From contig CM074810.1 of assembly GCA_037447605.1 (NCBI GenBank), positions 62,001 to 126,000 of the forward strand: a stretch of DNA of 64,000 nt. Direction: 5' to 3'. The position numbers and the translations under genes were made by a program. Under the pieces are notes generated by a model. That model did no database searches and was not told where the DNA came from. It saw nothing but the letters and a program-made list of their open reading frames with translations. This DNA comes from Zygnema circumcarinatum SAG 698-1b. Its lineage: Eukaryota > Plantae > Zygnematophyceae. Position 1 is the stretch's first letter, and every line of letters begins with the position of its first letter. Below, piece after piece: positions 24,385-36,120 of the stretch.

Positions 24385-25168
24385 CGCATGTTCGGTCTGC
24401 TCGACAGAGTGATGGTAGGGCGGCATTTCGCGCCCATCGTTTCGTCAAGAGAGGCATGCATGCGTTTCAATGGCATGCACATCGCATGGGCACGCGTGCA
24501 TGTATGTGCGTGGCCTACGCTTGTGGCCATAACGGCAGCCACCGCGCCGTCGTTGCGCTGGTACGCGCACACCCGTCACTCGCGCACACTTCAAATCTGA
24601 ACCGAGTTCGTACACGCCCGCCACGTGTTAGAAGGAACACGTGGCTCGCCCTGATTGACCGACGGCAGCGCGACCCCCTCGCACCCGGGAGCCGGCGGCC
24701 GCGCGCCGTCCGATCGGCCGCAACGGATCGCGTGGCGCGCACGCCCCGATCCGCCCGCGTGCAGGGAGGAAGCCGGATCGGGCGCACTCACACGTGCGAG
24801 ACGACGACGAGGGCGCACGCGTTCACACTGGCAGGCGGGGCCGGGCCGGGAGCCGGGAGGGAGGGCGGGAAGGAGGCGCAGGAAGGATTAGGGCTGGGGC
24901 TGGACAGCCGGCAGAGGGAGGGAAGGAGGGAAGGCGCAAGGGGAGAGGAGAGGGGAGGGCCGGCCGGATGTCACACTACTGCTGCTGCACCGCGCGTCGA
25001 TTAGCCGTCTTTTATGTCGGAAATAGCCTGCGGAATAACGACCAGCGAGATCAATATTGACAGGAATCTCGTTACGCAGGGAGAGCCTCGCAGTATTGGG
25101 CATTGTAGCTTTTAAACGTTTGAGTGTCGCTGTTGAAGTGTGAATTTCCGTCTACTCAAATGCCTTCC

Positions 25169-26823
25169 ATGGCAGACGAAGGACCGGCAGGAGAGTTCAG
25201 CGTGCGGAGCCAAACTCCGAAGCCGTCGTTGCAAGCGTCGTTCCTTCCGCAGGCCCGACATAACAACATCAGGCAGGCCACGAGCGACGACGAGTTGAAA
25301 AAGTTCATCATGGAAGCAAATGAAGCTAAGCGTCCTGTACGTTTTCACTATCAATTCTTTAACTTATCTTTGAGTCTATTCTGCTCGTCTGATTTGCTAA
25401 TAGACTTTGCAGCTAGGGATGTAAGGTACACGGACCATTTCTTTATCCTAAAAGGCCCAATATTGTTATTCTGAAATAACCGCCTACGTATTTCCAGAGC
25501 AGCATACGCGTTTGCAAACAATTTTTCCATCTTACTGGCACAATTTTAGGGGGCATTCTATTCACAAATATTTACAGAAAAATGCTGGCTTAAGGTATCT
25601 TTGTATCGGACTGGGTGTTTCCGCCATCGACGGAATTGGCGGGATGCCAGACCCTTTTCTGTAGTACTCCTGCCCCTCCTTTTCTCCAATCCTCTACCAT
25701 CCCGTGATGCACTGGTGAGGCGCGAGCCCGCCGTCTGCACTTTATTCTGTTTACGTATCCTTTCGCGTTAGCTATCCCTCATCTGTTTCTTTGACTCCAC
25801 TCCACAATAAGGAACGGCACTTGAGATTCCTTTCTGAACTTGAGTAAAGGAATCAAACTAAAACCACTCCTTGGACTTGAAGTGGAGTTGTAGAAATCTC
25901 CAACTACTCTGGAAACAAGTCTCGTCAGCTCTGTGTTTACTTCTGTATTTGCTTAAGCTGCAGTTATTTTAAGTGGGTCCGTTCGCCAGCTCTCTGCACA
26001 GTGCATTTGACGATCAAGTTAGATGCACTGTGCTAGTTTAGGTCTTTCGTTACGTCTTTATGGTTCCTCCACGCAACGTCCACATGCTCGAAGCCAGCAG
26101 GGCGCTTGTCTGTCGAGTTAAGTATTGCTTTTCGAGTGGCAGACAGGTGCGTGTTCTTCACATTGTGCAGGGGTCTGTTTACGCTGTTTTGGGTTTGAGA
26201 ACTCAGTCACTTATGGACTGATGCCTGACAGCCATAGTTGGATAAATAATCCCTTGAACCAATTATGGGAGGGCCGTCCATAGAACAATGTATTGGAATC
26301 CTGTTGCCAGTGGAAGTAACGCTTTCAGTTGCCGTCGACCTTGCAGGTGGTGGTGAACTATGGTGCTGCATGGTAAGTTTTCACCAATGCTCTGGGATGA
26401 TGAACGCTCAATTCTGAATGCACTGTCAACGAAGTCTTTGACTGAGTATTGATCTGTTGCTGCATTGCGCAATTTGAGAAAGTACACTTCACTCTCTATT
26501 TGTAAGGGTCGTAGTAAGTATGTTTGTCATTTATCGATTATTGTGAGGATGCCTCTATTCTTGATCTCAATTGATATCGCTGAATTGCGTACATCATTTG
26601 CAGGTGCCATGCCTGCAAAAAGATGTTACCAACGTTCTACAACCTCAGCAATGAGTACAGCAGTCCTATCTTCATCTACGCTGATGTGGACAAATGCACA
26701 GACTCCACAAAAGACGTCCGTTTCACCCCCACATTCCGCTTTTTTCGAGACGGGGAAAAGGTGGATGAGTTCTACGGTGCTGGAGCCCAGAGGTTACGAG
26801 ACAGAGTATGGATGCAGGCTTGA
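25169..26823 (+). CDS. Thioredoxin-like protein (thioredoxin-like 3-3 type) with WCHAC active site, ~137 aa
   Basis: Exons 25169-25336, 26347-26372, 26604-26823, in phase. Reads VVVNYGAAW|CHACKKMLPTF...FIYADVDKC...VRFTPTFRFFRDGEKVDEFYGAGAQRLRDRVWMQA*, matching the plant TRX-like 3-3 family. An in-frame ATG at 25160 is an alternative start. Confidence 0.9.
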
Positions 26824-28500
26824 AGGAAGGCTTCATTAAAGCACTGATGTCGTGAAATCCATGTGCCCAACAGAGCGGCACGTGGCTGCCGGCCACTTCC
26901 TGCACGCGAGAAATGCAGTAAGAGGAAAGAGTCTCTTGCAAACGACTGTAGTAGTTTCTTCTATGTCCAGCCAGACCCTTGCTGTCCACCGCTAGTTGAC
27001 AGGAGGGGATTATCTCGACCAGCCTTGCCTCATGTTGTTACATTAAGCCCCATTACTCATCAGAGAGCGTACGTATGCAGCCACGTCCTAATTAGATGGT
27101 GCACGCCGCCTTGCAATATCCAGCCGAGCGCAGGACTCGGAGTCATCTATAGTAGTTGTGATAGTGTAGAGAGCACGGTTGCAAGGCCTGTAAGCGAACA
27201 GTGCTGGCTGTTTTGCAGTCTCAGGATGTGTAGTCTGTCTTGTCGCTTGCTCCCGCGGTGCTGTTCACTTGTTCACATAGTTTACTCAAAAGTTACATCA
27301 GCAGTTCTGTGTTTTGTTCAAGTGACTTTCACCCGTGCATGGAAGTGGGGCACTTGGGTATTCTTTCCAAGCTCTGTTTTTTGGAGACGCGTGCACATGA
27401 GACACACGTCGACATGTGACGACTCGTAAGCCTCTGGCGCAGCTACTACGCTTCAGCGGTCGGTAAAAATTGTCAGACCGCTCTTCGGTCTCTGAGGTCA
27501 TTGGCGCTGCCGAGCATATGCACAGGAGAGCCTGAAAGGACGTTCCTCGCCCCGTGCTCAGAGGTGGCCAGCACGAGAAGCAGCGGGGGCCTGACTAGAG
27601 GCGCAAACGTTCCAAGAGCCGCCACCAAGTCTCCCTTATCTTCTTCCATCAAAAGAGGCCAGAAGGAGCACAGCAGGAGAGAAAGGAGAAATAAAAAGAA
27701 AGGACAGGACAGGACTTCCTTTGGCTCAGTCTCCGAGTCACGTCGTCAGCGGGAGGGGACTCTAACACGGCCGGACAACAAGGTGCTCGAATGTTTGACA
27801 CGGACATCACCACCTACGGGGCAGACAGATTCAGTGCCGTACCAACAGCATATGTGTAGACACTACATCATCGGTGACGCATAAGTCCAACAGTGACAAA
27901 GATGTTTGGAGACGAACGTTGGAAGTCCACAGAGGACAATCGTCCACACCGTCCAGAATAGTGAAAGCGATTAATAAAAACGAGAGGTAAAACTGAAGCA
28001 ATGAGAACCATAGGTCCTCTTATCACCGGCAATATACAAGTTTGAGGGCAAATGGTTGGACGAGTAATCATAAATGTCTACTTAAAACGAAGAAAGGGTC
28101 CTATATGAATTTTATTTTTTATTTTATTTATCTATTACAGAAGATTTCACGACAGTTAGTGAAAAAAATGTGGATCACAAAGTAGGTAGGTGGGAATATC
28201 TCCACTCTCCACGTGCGTTGATTGAAAGAACGAAATGCGTAAAATAAGCATCGTGGTAAGCTTCAATATTTGTGTTCTCTGTTAGAAATGAATAGTCCTG
28301 CAAGCAAAAAGACCAAGCAATGCTCCTCAGACTCAAGGGACTTGGGCTTTGACCCGCAACAATGAACGCAACTTTCCAACAACATGTATGCGTAAGCTTC
28401 GAAATGCGGAAAATCAATGACTGCCACCAAATCTTGTTCCTGCAACATATTTTTTTTTTAGTAAGTGACTCGACCTACCAAAAATTAGAGTGCTTATTGT

Positions 28501-28824
28501 TTAGTTCTTGGCAGTCTTCTTTCGACCGTCCTGCCCACCTCCACCATCAGCAGCTTGCGCGGCCTTCCTCGCAGCTTTCTCCTGAAGGGCCTTTGCATCC
28601 CTGCCAAAACAATTCTCGCAATAGCCACACGATTGAGCTTCGAGAAACAGCCTCGCCCACACTCCACACCTCTACACCATATGTGGGACCAACCCAGCAA
28701 CAAGGGGCCATCCGGCCCTGTCAGTACACCCACCTCTCGCTCTCCGCTCAGGCGTCAGACCATCGCCTTCCCAGCAGCAGCGTGCGCTCTTTCACGATCC
28801 TCTCCTCTCTAATTTCCACGTCAC
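28501..28824 (-). pseudogene. Decayed SERF/4F5 (small EDRK-rich factor) gene copy
   Basis: The last exon 28600-28501 is intact (DAKALQEKAARKAAQAADGGGGQDGRKKTAKN*). The upstream exon (~28824-28734) reads RGN*R..DRERAHAAAGK and then, after a frameshift, GDGLTPE. It has TAG (28811-28809) at the conserved Gln and GTG in place of ATG. The GT-AG intron 28733-28601 is retained. Confidence 0.78.
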
Positions 28825-29571
28825 GGGAAAGAAAGGGATACGAAGGCCCATAGAGAATACTCAGCAAAGAACTCCACATACCAATACTCCGAATATCTTC
28901 ATCTCTTCTCTAGCCTTCTACAAAGGCCATACCTTTCCCTCCTCTGTTCTGGCGTGAGGCCGTCACTTCGATTCTTAAGCTGCCCTGCCTTCTGAGCCCT
29001 GGCCTGGGCCCGCTCACGGTCCCTGTCACGCTGGCTCCCGCTTGGAAAATCCGTCAAGGCGACCACATAATGCCAATGTGCTCAAAACAGCGCGGAGCCA
29101 TCATTTACGGAAGTAGAGGCTACACAGCAAACCATGACATGACCAAATGCACATCGACAACGTGAGTGCTGAGAAGGATATGAGACATGGCTGCTCTGCT
29201 CCGGCCCAAGAGTCACGGAAAACTTATTGCACGAGAGAGAGGGCCTTTTTCTGAGATTCCAGCAAGGCAGCGCTCCCCACCCCCCAGCTTACACGCTCCG
29301 TCCTGCTGCACTTCCCTCCCCTCTCCCACAGCCACCCGCCATGGCTGCCTGCCTGCCTGCCGGAGTGCCCTTCTGGAAGCGCCCAAACGTACGGCCGCGT
29401 GACGCTCGTAGTACGGCACCGACCGTACCGATAAGGGCACTTCCCATCCACCGTACCGTACGAAGAGAGGCGGTTCGAACACAGCGCTGAGGCCCGGGGC
29501 ACACCGCAGCGGACCTGTACCGATACTGTACCGACACCGAGCGAAGCTGCTGCTGCCCTGCGACGCACCCG

Positions 29572-29620
29572 CCTGCTTGCCTGCCTGCCTGCTTGCCTGC
29601 CTGCCTGCTTGCCTGCCTGT

Positions 29621-29651
<31 letters not shown>

Positions 29652-29655
29652 CTTG
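29572..29655 (+). repeat. (CCTG)n tetranucleotide repeat upstream of COPE
   Basis: Direct reading with occasional CTTG variants. Confidence 0.92.
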
Positions 29656-29777
29656 CTTGCAGACACTTGCTGGCTGGCTTACAGTTCGAGTGGGGAAGGA
29701 AGACACCAGCAAGCGCGCAGGATAAAAGGGCTGCTGCGCAGTGTATGCTTTGAGTTTCACCGCTTAGAGGCGTCAGA

Positions 29778-32700
29778 ATGAGTGCCCCGGATGCGCTCTT
29801 CACACTGCGGAATAACTTCTATCTGGGCGCTTACCAGGCTGCCATAAACGATAGTGACGTAGCTGGCCTCACCGACAATGAGACCGTTGAGAAGGACTGT
29901 TTGGTGTATAGATCTTACATTGCGCTGGGCAGTTATCAGGTACGAAGCATCTATTGCTCCTCCTTTTCGAAAATTTTAATTTTTGGTCGCTGCTATCCAC
30001 TTCAAGGCGCCTTGTCAAGTTGAAATATAACTGATGCATTGCATTCAATGCTGGAGCCCCTCGCCGATGCGATAGGGAGGAGGCCTACATTTGGGTCATT
30101 GGCGTGGTGAGGAGAAGCATTTGTAGGAAATTGTTGGATTTCGGTTGGGATTTTAAGGCTGAGCTCCCTTCCACGGTTGTGGCTGAAGTCCCGGGACCGA
30201 GGTGATGAACTGTGGCAGAGTTGGATGTGGCAAGTGGTAGATCAGGAGACTATGAAGTTCTTCTCCAGAAACCATGGTCACATCATAGTAACAATGTAAT
30301 AGGCTAGAGATCGCAAACTCGTTAAAACACAACTTGACTCTTTGCTAGAACATCAAAATAGATTTCTACCGTATCCATGTATCTGCTTTTGCCAACACAT
30401 GACTATTGCAACGCAATGTAAGAGAGTTATCCATAGTCTAGTTCGGCATTTTCGTTGGGTTGGACCTGCACGTTATGATACGATGAGTTCCCCCTTGAAG
30501 TCTCCCGTGGAACTAGAGCTAATTCAAGAGGTTTGGGGACTTGCAGCTAGTTATAGATGAGATTACGGACTCGTCAGCAACAGCACTGCAAACTGTAAAG
30601 CTGCTTGCGCAGTATTTGGCGGGGCATCCCAAGGTGTGTGTCGCTTCTTTTACTGAGAAATGCAATGTTGCACACATGCAGCCGCATATCGAGATAACTG
30701 TTGAAATCTCACCTGCAAAGGCAACTCGCTCACTTGTATATATGGGTCCTTCCTTCGTCCTCAAACAGATACTATTCAACAACAATGCTGGTCTGCTTTG
30801 AGCTGGAGGGATTGGTATCCTGCTTTTTACTTGATTAGAATATTAAAATTTCCGGATTGGCCATGGGGTGAACAGGAGCAAGTCATTGCCAGTCTGCAAG
30901 ATTGGCTAGCGGATCCTGTGATCGGCAGCAATCCTGTTCTGCTGCTTATGGCGGGGACTATATATGCATACGAACAGAATTACAACGATGCACTGAAGTA
31001 CACGCATTCCGGTGCAACACTGGAGCTGTATGTTCGACTTGCCTTGCTTTTTACTTTCTCTAGCTGTTGCTGGCTGAATGTCCATGCTTTAGAAAAGCCA
31101 TTCAGCAATCGACTTTTTTTTTCCTTTTCTTGGCTTCTTGAGTGATGTCGATTATCTCTCCAAACCTTCTTGAATTGCTACAATCTCTCCTTGTAGAGAG
31201 AGTACCTTATCACCCAACCCTAATACCTTCGCAATTGACTGGGTATGTGTCATCCCTCGTCAGCAGGGTGTTTTTAAATAGACGAATCTGCATTAGGTTG
31301 GCAGGGCCTATTGCCGGCATTTTTTTTCATCTCTAAAGCAGGCTTTCCTTAAAAAGTGTTTTACGCTTGTTGCTCTATGCAGGATGGCTTTGAATGTCCA
31401 AATTTTTTTGAAGATGGATCGCGCCGACTATGCAGAGAAGCAGTTGAAGTCCATGCAGCAAGTGGACGAAGATGCAACCCTAACTCAGCTTGCCAACGCG
31501 TGGGTCAACCTTGGCTTGGTATGTATGAAAAGCATCAGCACTTTCTTCCCATACCTATATTTACACTGAATCACTATTCTGTGTTTACTGTTCTTGGTCT
31601 CTCCATCCTGCAGGGTTTTGCTATCGAAGAATGTGTTGTATCTGAAGGGCCTTTGGCGTTTTCGGTTGACAGAGAGAGGATGAAATCGTGAAGTATTGTG
31701 TCATAGTGAAGCTGTGGCTGCCAATGTGCAGGGGGGTCCAAAGTTCCAAGAGGCTCTTGACATCTTCCAGGAGCAATGCGAAAAGTTCCAATGGACTGTT
31801 CCTCTCATGAACGGCAGCGCCATCTGTCACATGCACTTGGGCCACTTCGATGATGCTGAAACGATCCTATTGGAGGCACTGAACAAGGTGAGAACTACAT
31901 ACAGCACATGCCGTGAAATGCACGCGTGTACTTTCTGGCTGCTCTTTTCCGCCATCTCATTTTTAAGACATGCGTATCTAACCCTAAACATCCTACCCAA
32001 TAAGCCCACCTGTCTCACAAGTCTTCTGAGAGCAAATGGAAAGGGGACGTTGAGATCAATGACTTCAAGTGCAGTTAAAGCTTGTTGTCAGCTGAATCAT
32101 TTCCTTAAACGGGGCTTCCTTGTTCTGTATCACACGTGAGATATGTGAAAATAATGCTGTTTTGCTGAAAGTTCTATGACCTAGCAGTCGTCTGAATTTC
32201 AAAAAGCTTTAGGTTGTTGGTTTTTGTTTCTGCTGTATAGCATGCTCCATACACAGGTTGGAGGGGCTTTTCTAATGTGCACACCGGTTTTTGGAACTGG
32301 TTTGAATGGGAGCAGGATGCCAAGGATACCAACACTCTCGCTAACTTGACTGTGTGCTCGCTGCACCGCGGAAAGCTGTCTTCCCGTTACCTCAAGTATG
32401 TCCTTTCAAACCGATCGGTTTCTTCCTGGTTCTATGCACGTCAGCTCAAATACTTATTGATGTTTTGCTTTCGAAATTAATAGCATTGTGCGAATGGATA
32501 CAGTTGCACACAAGGCGCACTGACATTCAGTGCATGGAACCAACACAAAATCCAAAAATAACCACATTTCTTGCATCCAAAAATGCCCACATGGTCATCG
32601 AAGGTCCATAGCGAGGTGTTGCATAGGCACGTTAAGAACATGAGGAGCTTGAGGCATTGATGCAGAGGGCTGTGGAGGGAGACCGTCCAATAGGGGTTGT

Positions 32701-32866
32701 TGGTTGGCGATTCGCTTCTTTTATGGCTGTGACTGACATTGTCCTCTGCGGGGTTGTGCCGATGCGCTGCAGTCAGCTGCGTCTGCTGTCTCCAAACCAC
32801 TCGCTCATCAAGCGAATCGATTCTGCGGCTGAAGCGTTTGACCAGGCGCTGGTGGGGTTCGCCTAG
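29778..32866 (+). CDS. COPE: Coatomer subunit epsilon, 288 aa
   Basis: Exons 29778-29939, 30547-30633, 30876-31027, 31383-31518, 31732-31887, 32316-32395, 32773-32866 (867 nt). Motifs [79 protein letters not shown]. Confidence 0.96.
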
Positions 32867-33423
32867 AGCACAGAGATAGCCCGAGTGACTGCTGGTTTTG
32901 GGGGGTGGGGGCTCCTATATAGAGTGGACATTTAAAATTCAGTATTCATTGCGGAATCCAGCATTGTGCAGTTTTGACCACCGCATGTTGGGAGCATGTA
33001 TGTAAGGTCCACGCCAATGTGAAGGCGCTCTGCGTGTCTGTACGCAATCATAGTCACAAGGGAGTGCAAAGCACTGCCATATCCTGCATTGGCTTTATCC
33101 GCACGAGCACTTGTGGCGATTGCAGGGCAGTGCGTACTTTGGCAAACACCACCTTTGGATGACGTTTTGGGAAGCTCGGCAAGGTCTGATTTTGGTTATT
33201 CAGGGCGAGCATGGGGATGGATGAATCATGGGGGGGGGGGGGGGGTAATGCTGAGGGGGGCGTGCAACCGTGCAGAAAGTGTCTGTCCGAATTCATGCGA
33301 CACTCCGTGATATAACGCAACGGCATACTGTTCGAGTAAATTTTTTAGAATAATAATAGCAGTTTACTAAATGTATGTAACAATTTTATTTTATATTGTA
33401 ATTTATCATTTATTTGACATCTC

Positions 33424-33497
33424 GGCCTATTAGCTCAGCTGGTTAGAGCGTGGTGCTAATAACGCCAAGGTCACAGGTTCGAGACCTGTATGGGCCA
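33424..33497 (+). tRNA. tRNA-Ile(AAT): tRNA-Ile (anticodon AAT)
   Basis: GGCCTATTAGCTCAGCTGGTTAGAGCGTGGTGCTAATAACGCCAAGGTCACAGGTTCGAGACCTGTATGGGCCA. The acceptor stem GGCCTAT/ATGGGCC, D-arm, anticodon loop CTAATAA and GGTTCGA T-loop are present; no intron. Confidence 0.97.
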
Positions 33498-33512
33498 CGT
33501 CTATCATCCTTC

Positions 33513-33518
33513 TTTTTT
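33513..33518 (+). terminator. RNA polymerase III T-run terminator of tRNA-Ile
   Basis: TTTTTT about 15 nt downstream of the tRNA 3' end. Confidence 0.7.
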
Positions 33519-34639
33519 CGCGCTCACGATCACGCGAGCGAGGACGAGTCGTGGATTTTCTTGTTTTGTCCAGCGCCGCTCGCCGTAACGTATCGTATAG
33601 CGCTTGGCTGTTGAGGGCGATACTGACTGTGGCCGTACGGCAGGCCCGTCACGGGATCGATACCGAAACTGCATCTCTCAAAGCAGGGAGAAGACAAGAG
33701 AGGCCTGCACGCTGCTGCGGCCGGCTGGGACACATCCGAAACTCACCATGCCACGACCTAATCTGCCGCCTTGTCCATTCCCGCGTTGCAAGTGCAGCCC
33801 GGCACGCGTCACCCACGCAAGGTGCTTCATGCGTCAAGTCTAGTCTGGCGTGCAAGCGGGAGCGATTTCGAGGTCAGCAGCTTAACCAGAACAAGCATAG
33901 ATAAATTGCCAGCAAACGGCGGGATCCCCTAGCTGCAGTTGGGTCTGTTCGTATGTCACGCCGGAACTTCGACCCGCCGAAAAAATTCAGATCGAAAAAG
34001 CAAAGTAGGCACATCCTCAAATGCTCGCTGAATCCCTGCTGCTTTGGGACCCGTTACCCTCACAACTTCTGAAATGCAGGAGCTTTGCTTGTTAGGATCC
34101 GCTGTTTTCGAGAGACCATGGGAAGAAACATGTCCACGGGAAGAATCCATTGCCGCAATTATAATGAAAGTGCATCCTGCACTATTATCACTACAATGGC
34201 AGAAGGGCTTCATGCTACCATGTAAACAATAAGGTCACTCAGACACGGAACAGTTCCAGGCTACAACCGACTCTTCCTACAAAGGCCCATGATGGTCTTA
34301 AGCTCAAAACTATGTTGACGCAATAACACAGCGCATGTGCGCACCACCTCTACAATTGACACGAGACACTTTTAATGCAAAGCCTACGCAGGCTGCAGCA
34401 CGTCAAACGGCGCAGATCAGACCTACAGACATGCAACTACTGTGCCAGAAAGAAACTTATTATGACTACCTTCCAATAAAAGAGAGGGCAAGTCGTCCTT
34501 TTCAGGAGCAATGGATTTAAGTTACATCCCAGCAGTACCAATGATACTGCTGTCGAAGGTTTGCGAAGACTGGCCATCCTACAGTCGAGCTCTCTTCCCC
34601 TCCTCATGAGAATTTCTGCTTGCTATGGCAGCAAAGTCA

Positions 34640-36120
34640 CTACGCCGCCACCGCGGTTCCAACCAGAGACCTCCAGTCCCCTCCCCTCCGCGGCTTCTCC
34701 GAGGCCATGGAGGGCACCATGGGGAAGCGCCGCCCGGCTGCTGCGCAGGTGGCGATGCGCTCCTCCCGCAGAATCTCCTTCTGGCGGCAGTCCTGACTGC
34801 AGAACGCTTTCTCGCCCCTGCAGGAGAGGAGGCAGCCGTGCAGATGTCAGCTCCGGATCACTGGAAGAATAGCTGACCGACTTGTTGACTACATGGAAAA
34901 ACGTGTTTAGACCGCTTGAGGGACATTACAGGGCTGCAACACCTTTTGAAAGGAAAAGAGGGTTTTGACCAGAGATCCTGCAGTGGATTGTGGTACTTAT
35001 GGCAGCAAAAACCACAAAAGGGATGAACAGAGCATAACATGACAGAAAACGGAGGACTGGAGAAAAAAGATGAACAATTCCAATTCACTCGAATTCGTTG
35101 TACAGAAACAATTATTAGCACGGATGCATGGTCAGTCATTAAGTAAGAGACCCCCATCAATGGAATCCCACTACTGGCAGCCTGTCATTTACCCCAAATG
35201 TCGAAAACTGAAGATCGTGCGACAACCCTAACGGCCTTCAAAGACGCTACCAGCGCATGTTACTGCTTTCTGATCTCTTTACGCATGACAGCAAGAGTGG
35301 AGACCATGAAGCATCACGCAGGAGCACACCTGTACATGAAGATGTCGTGCTTGTCCAGACTGACTCTGCAGAAGTTGCAGACCGCCAAGAAGTCGAGCCC
35401 CACGTGGTGCACTCGAGCATGCGCGGGAGGCACCCAGCCATCCGCCTCCCCATCCACCTCATCGTTCCACGGAGAGGGAGGCAGCCCAATCGACATCCAT
35501 GGCCACGGCTCTGCCTGCTTCTGCCCGCTCCTGCTTTCCACACCTCTCCAAATTTTCACCTCCGGAAGCCTCTCTTCCTGCATCTGTTGCTGAGTCCGCT
35601 GTGAATATTGCATTTCCTTCTGGATGACTGCGTCTCCTTGCGCTAGCAGACAAGCTCCTCCCACATGCATGACATGGTTCCTGTGAAGATCCCACGGCCA
35701 TGGCCCGCCATCCATCGCCACATTCCCTCCTCCATGGATCCCGGCTATGGGCGACGAAAAAAGAGAAGAGAATCCCGACGTTCTCTCCGCGGAAGAACTA
35801 TCACCGGATGAAAACGAGCCGAGGCTGGAAGCCGAGACATCGTCACCGAGCGATTGCCAATTTCCGGACGGCTCTATCCTCCTGGAGCTCTCGCACTCCC
35901 TCGCGGTCCTGCCCCACTGCCCCACTTCCCCGTCCACGTGCATGGAATTGCAGGGGGGCGCGAGCTCTACCGCCATCCTTCTGCCAGCTCGTGCATCCAC
36001 TTCGGCCGGCAGCGACTCCGCAGCCGCTGCCCCTACGCCCTCGCTCCTCCCGCAGGCGCCCCCCCCGAGAAGCGACATGCTCGAGGTCCTGTGCATGGCC
36101 CGCGGCCTCTTCCCTGGCAT
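34640..36120 (-). CDS. FLZ: FCS-like zinc finger (FLZ / DUF581) protein, ~322 aa
   Basis: Exons 36120-35330 and 34817-34640, joined at the family-typical phase-2 intron in DIFMYR|G. Domain: DFLAVCNFCRVSLDKHDIFMYRGEKAFCSQDCRQKEI. The N-terminus MPGKRPRAMHRTSSMS resembles land-plant FLZ N-termini. Confidence 0.92.

Noticed and set aside
23449-24600. Long ORFs with YIHT, MYVC, HCTSL or CSEVQ repeats
   Set aside because: They are translations of the (TGTA)n and GCAGT satellites.
27471-27650. 58-aa minus-strand ORF (MEEDKGDLV...) between thioredoxin and the SERF pseudogene
   Set aside because: No recognisable motif, splice support or homology.
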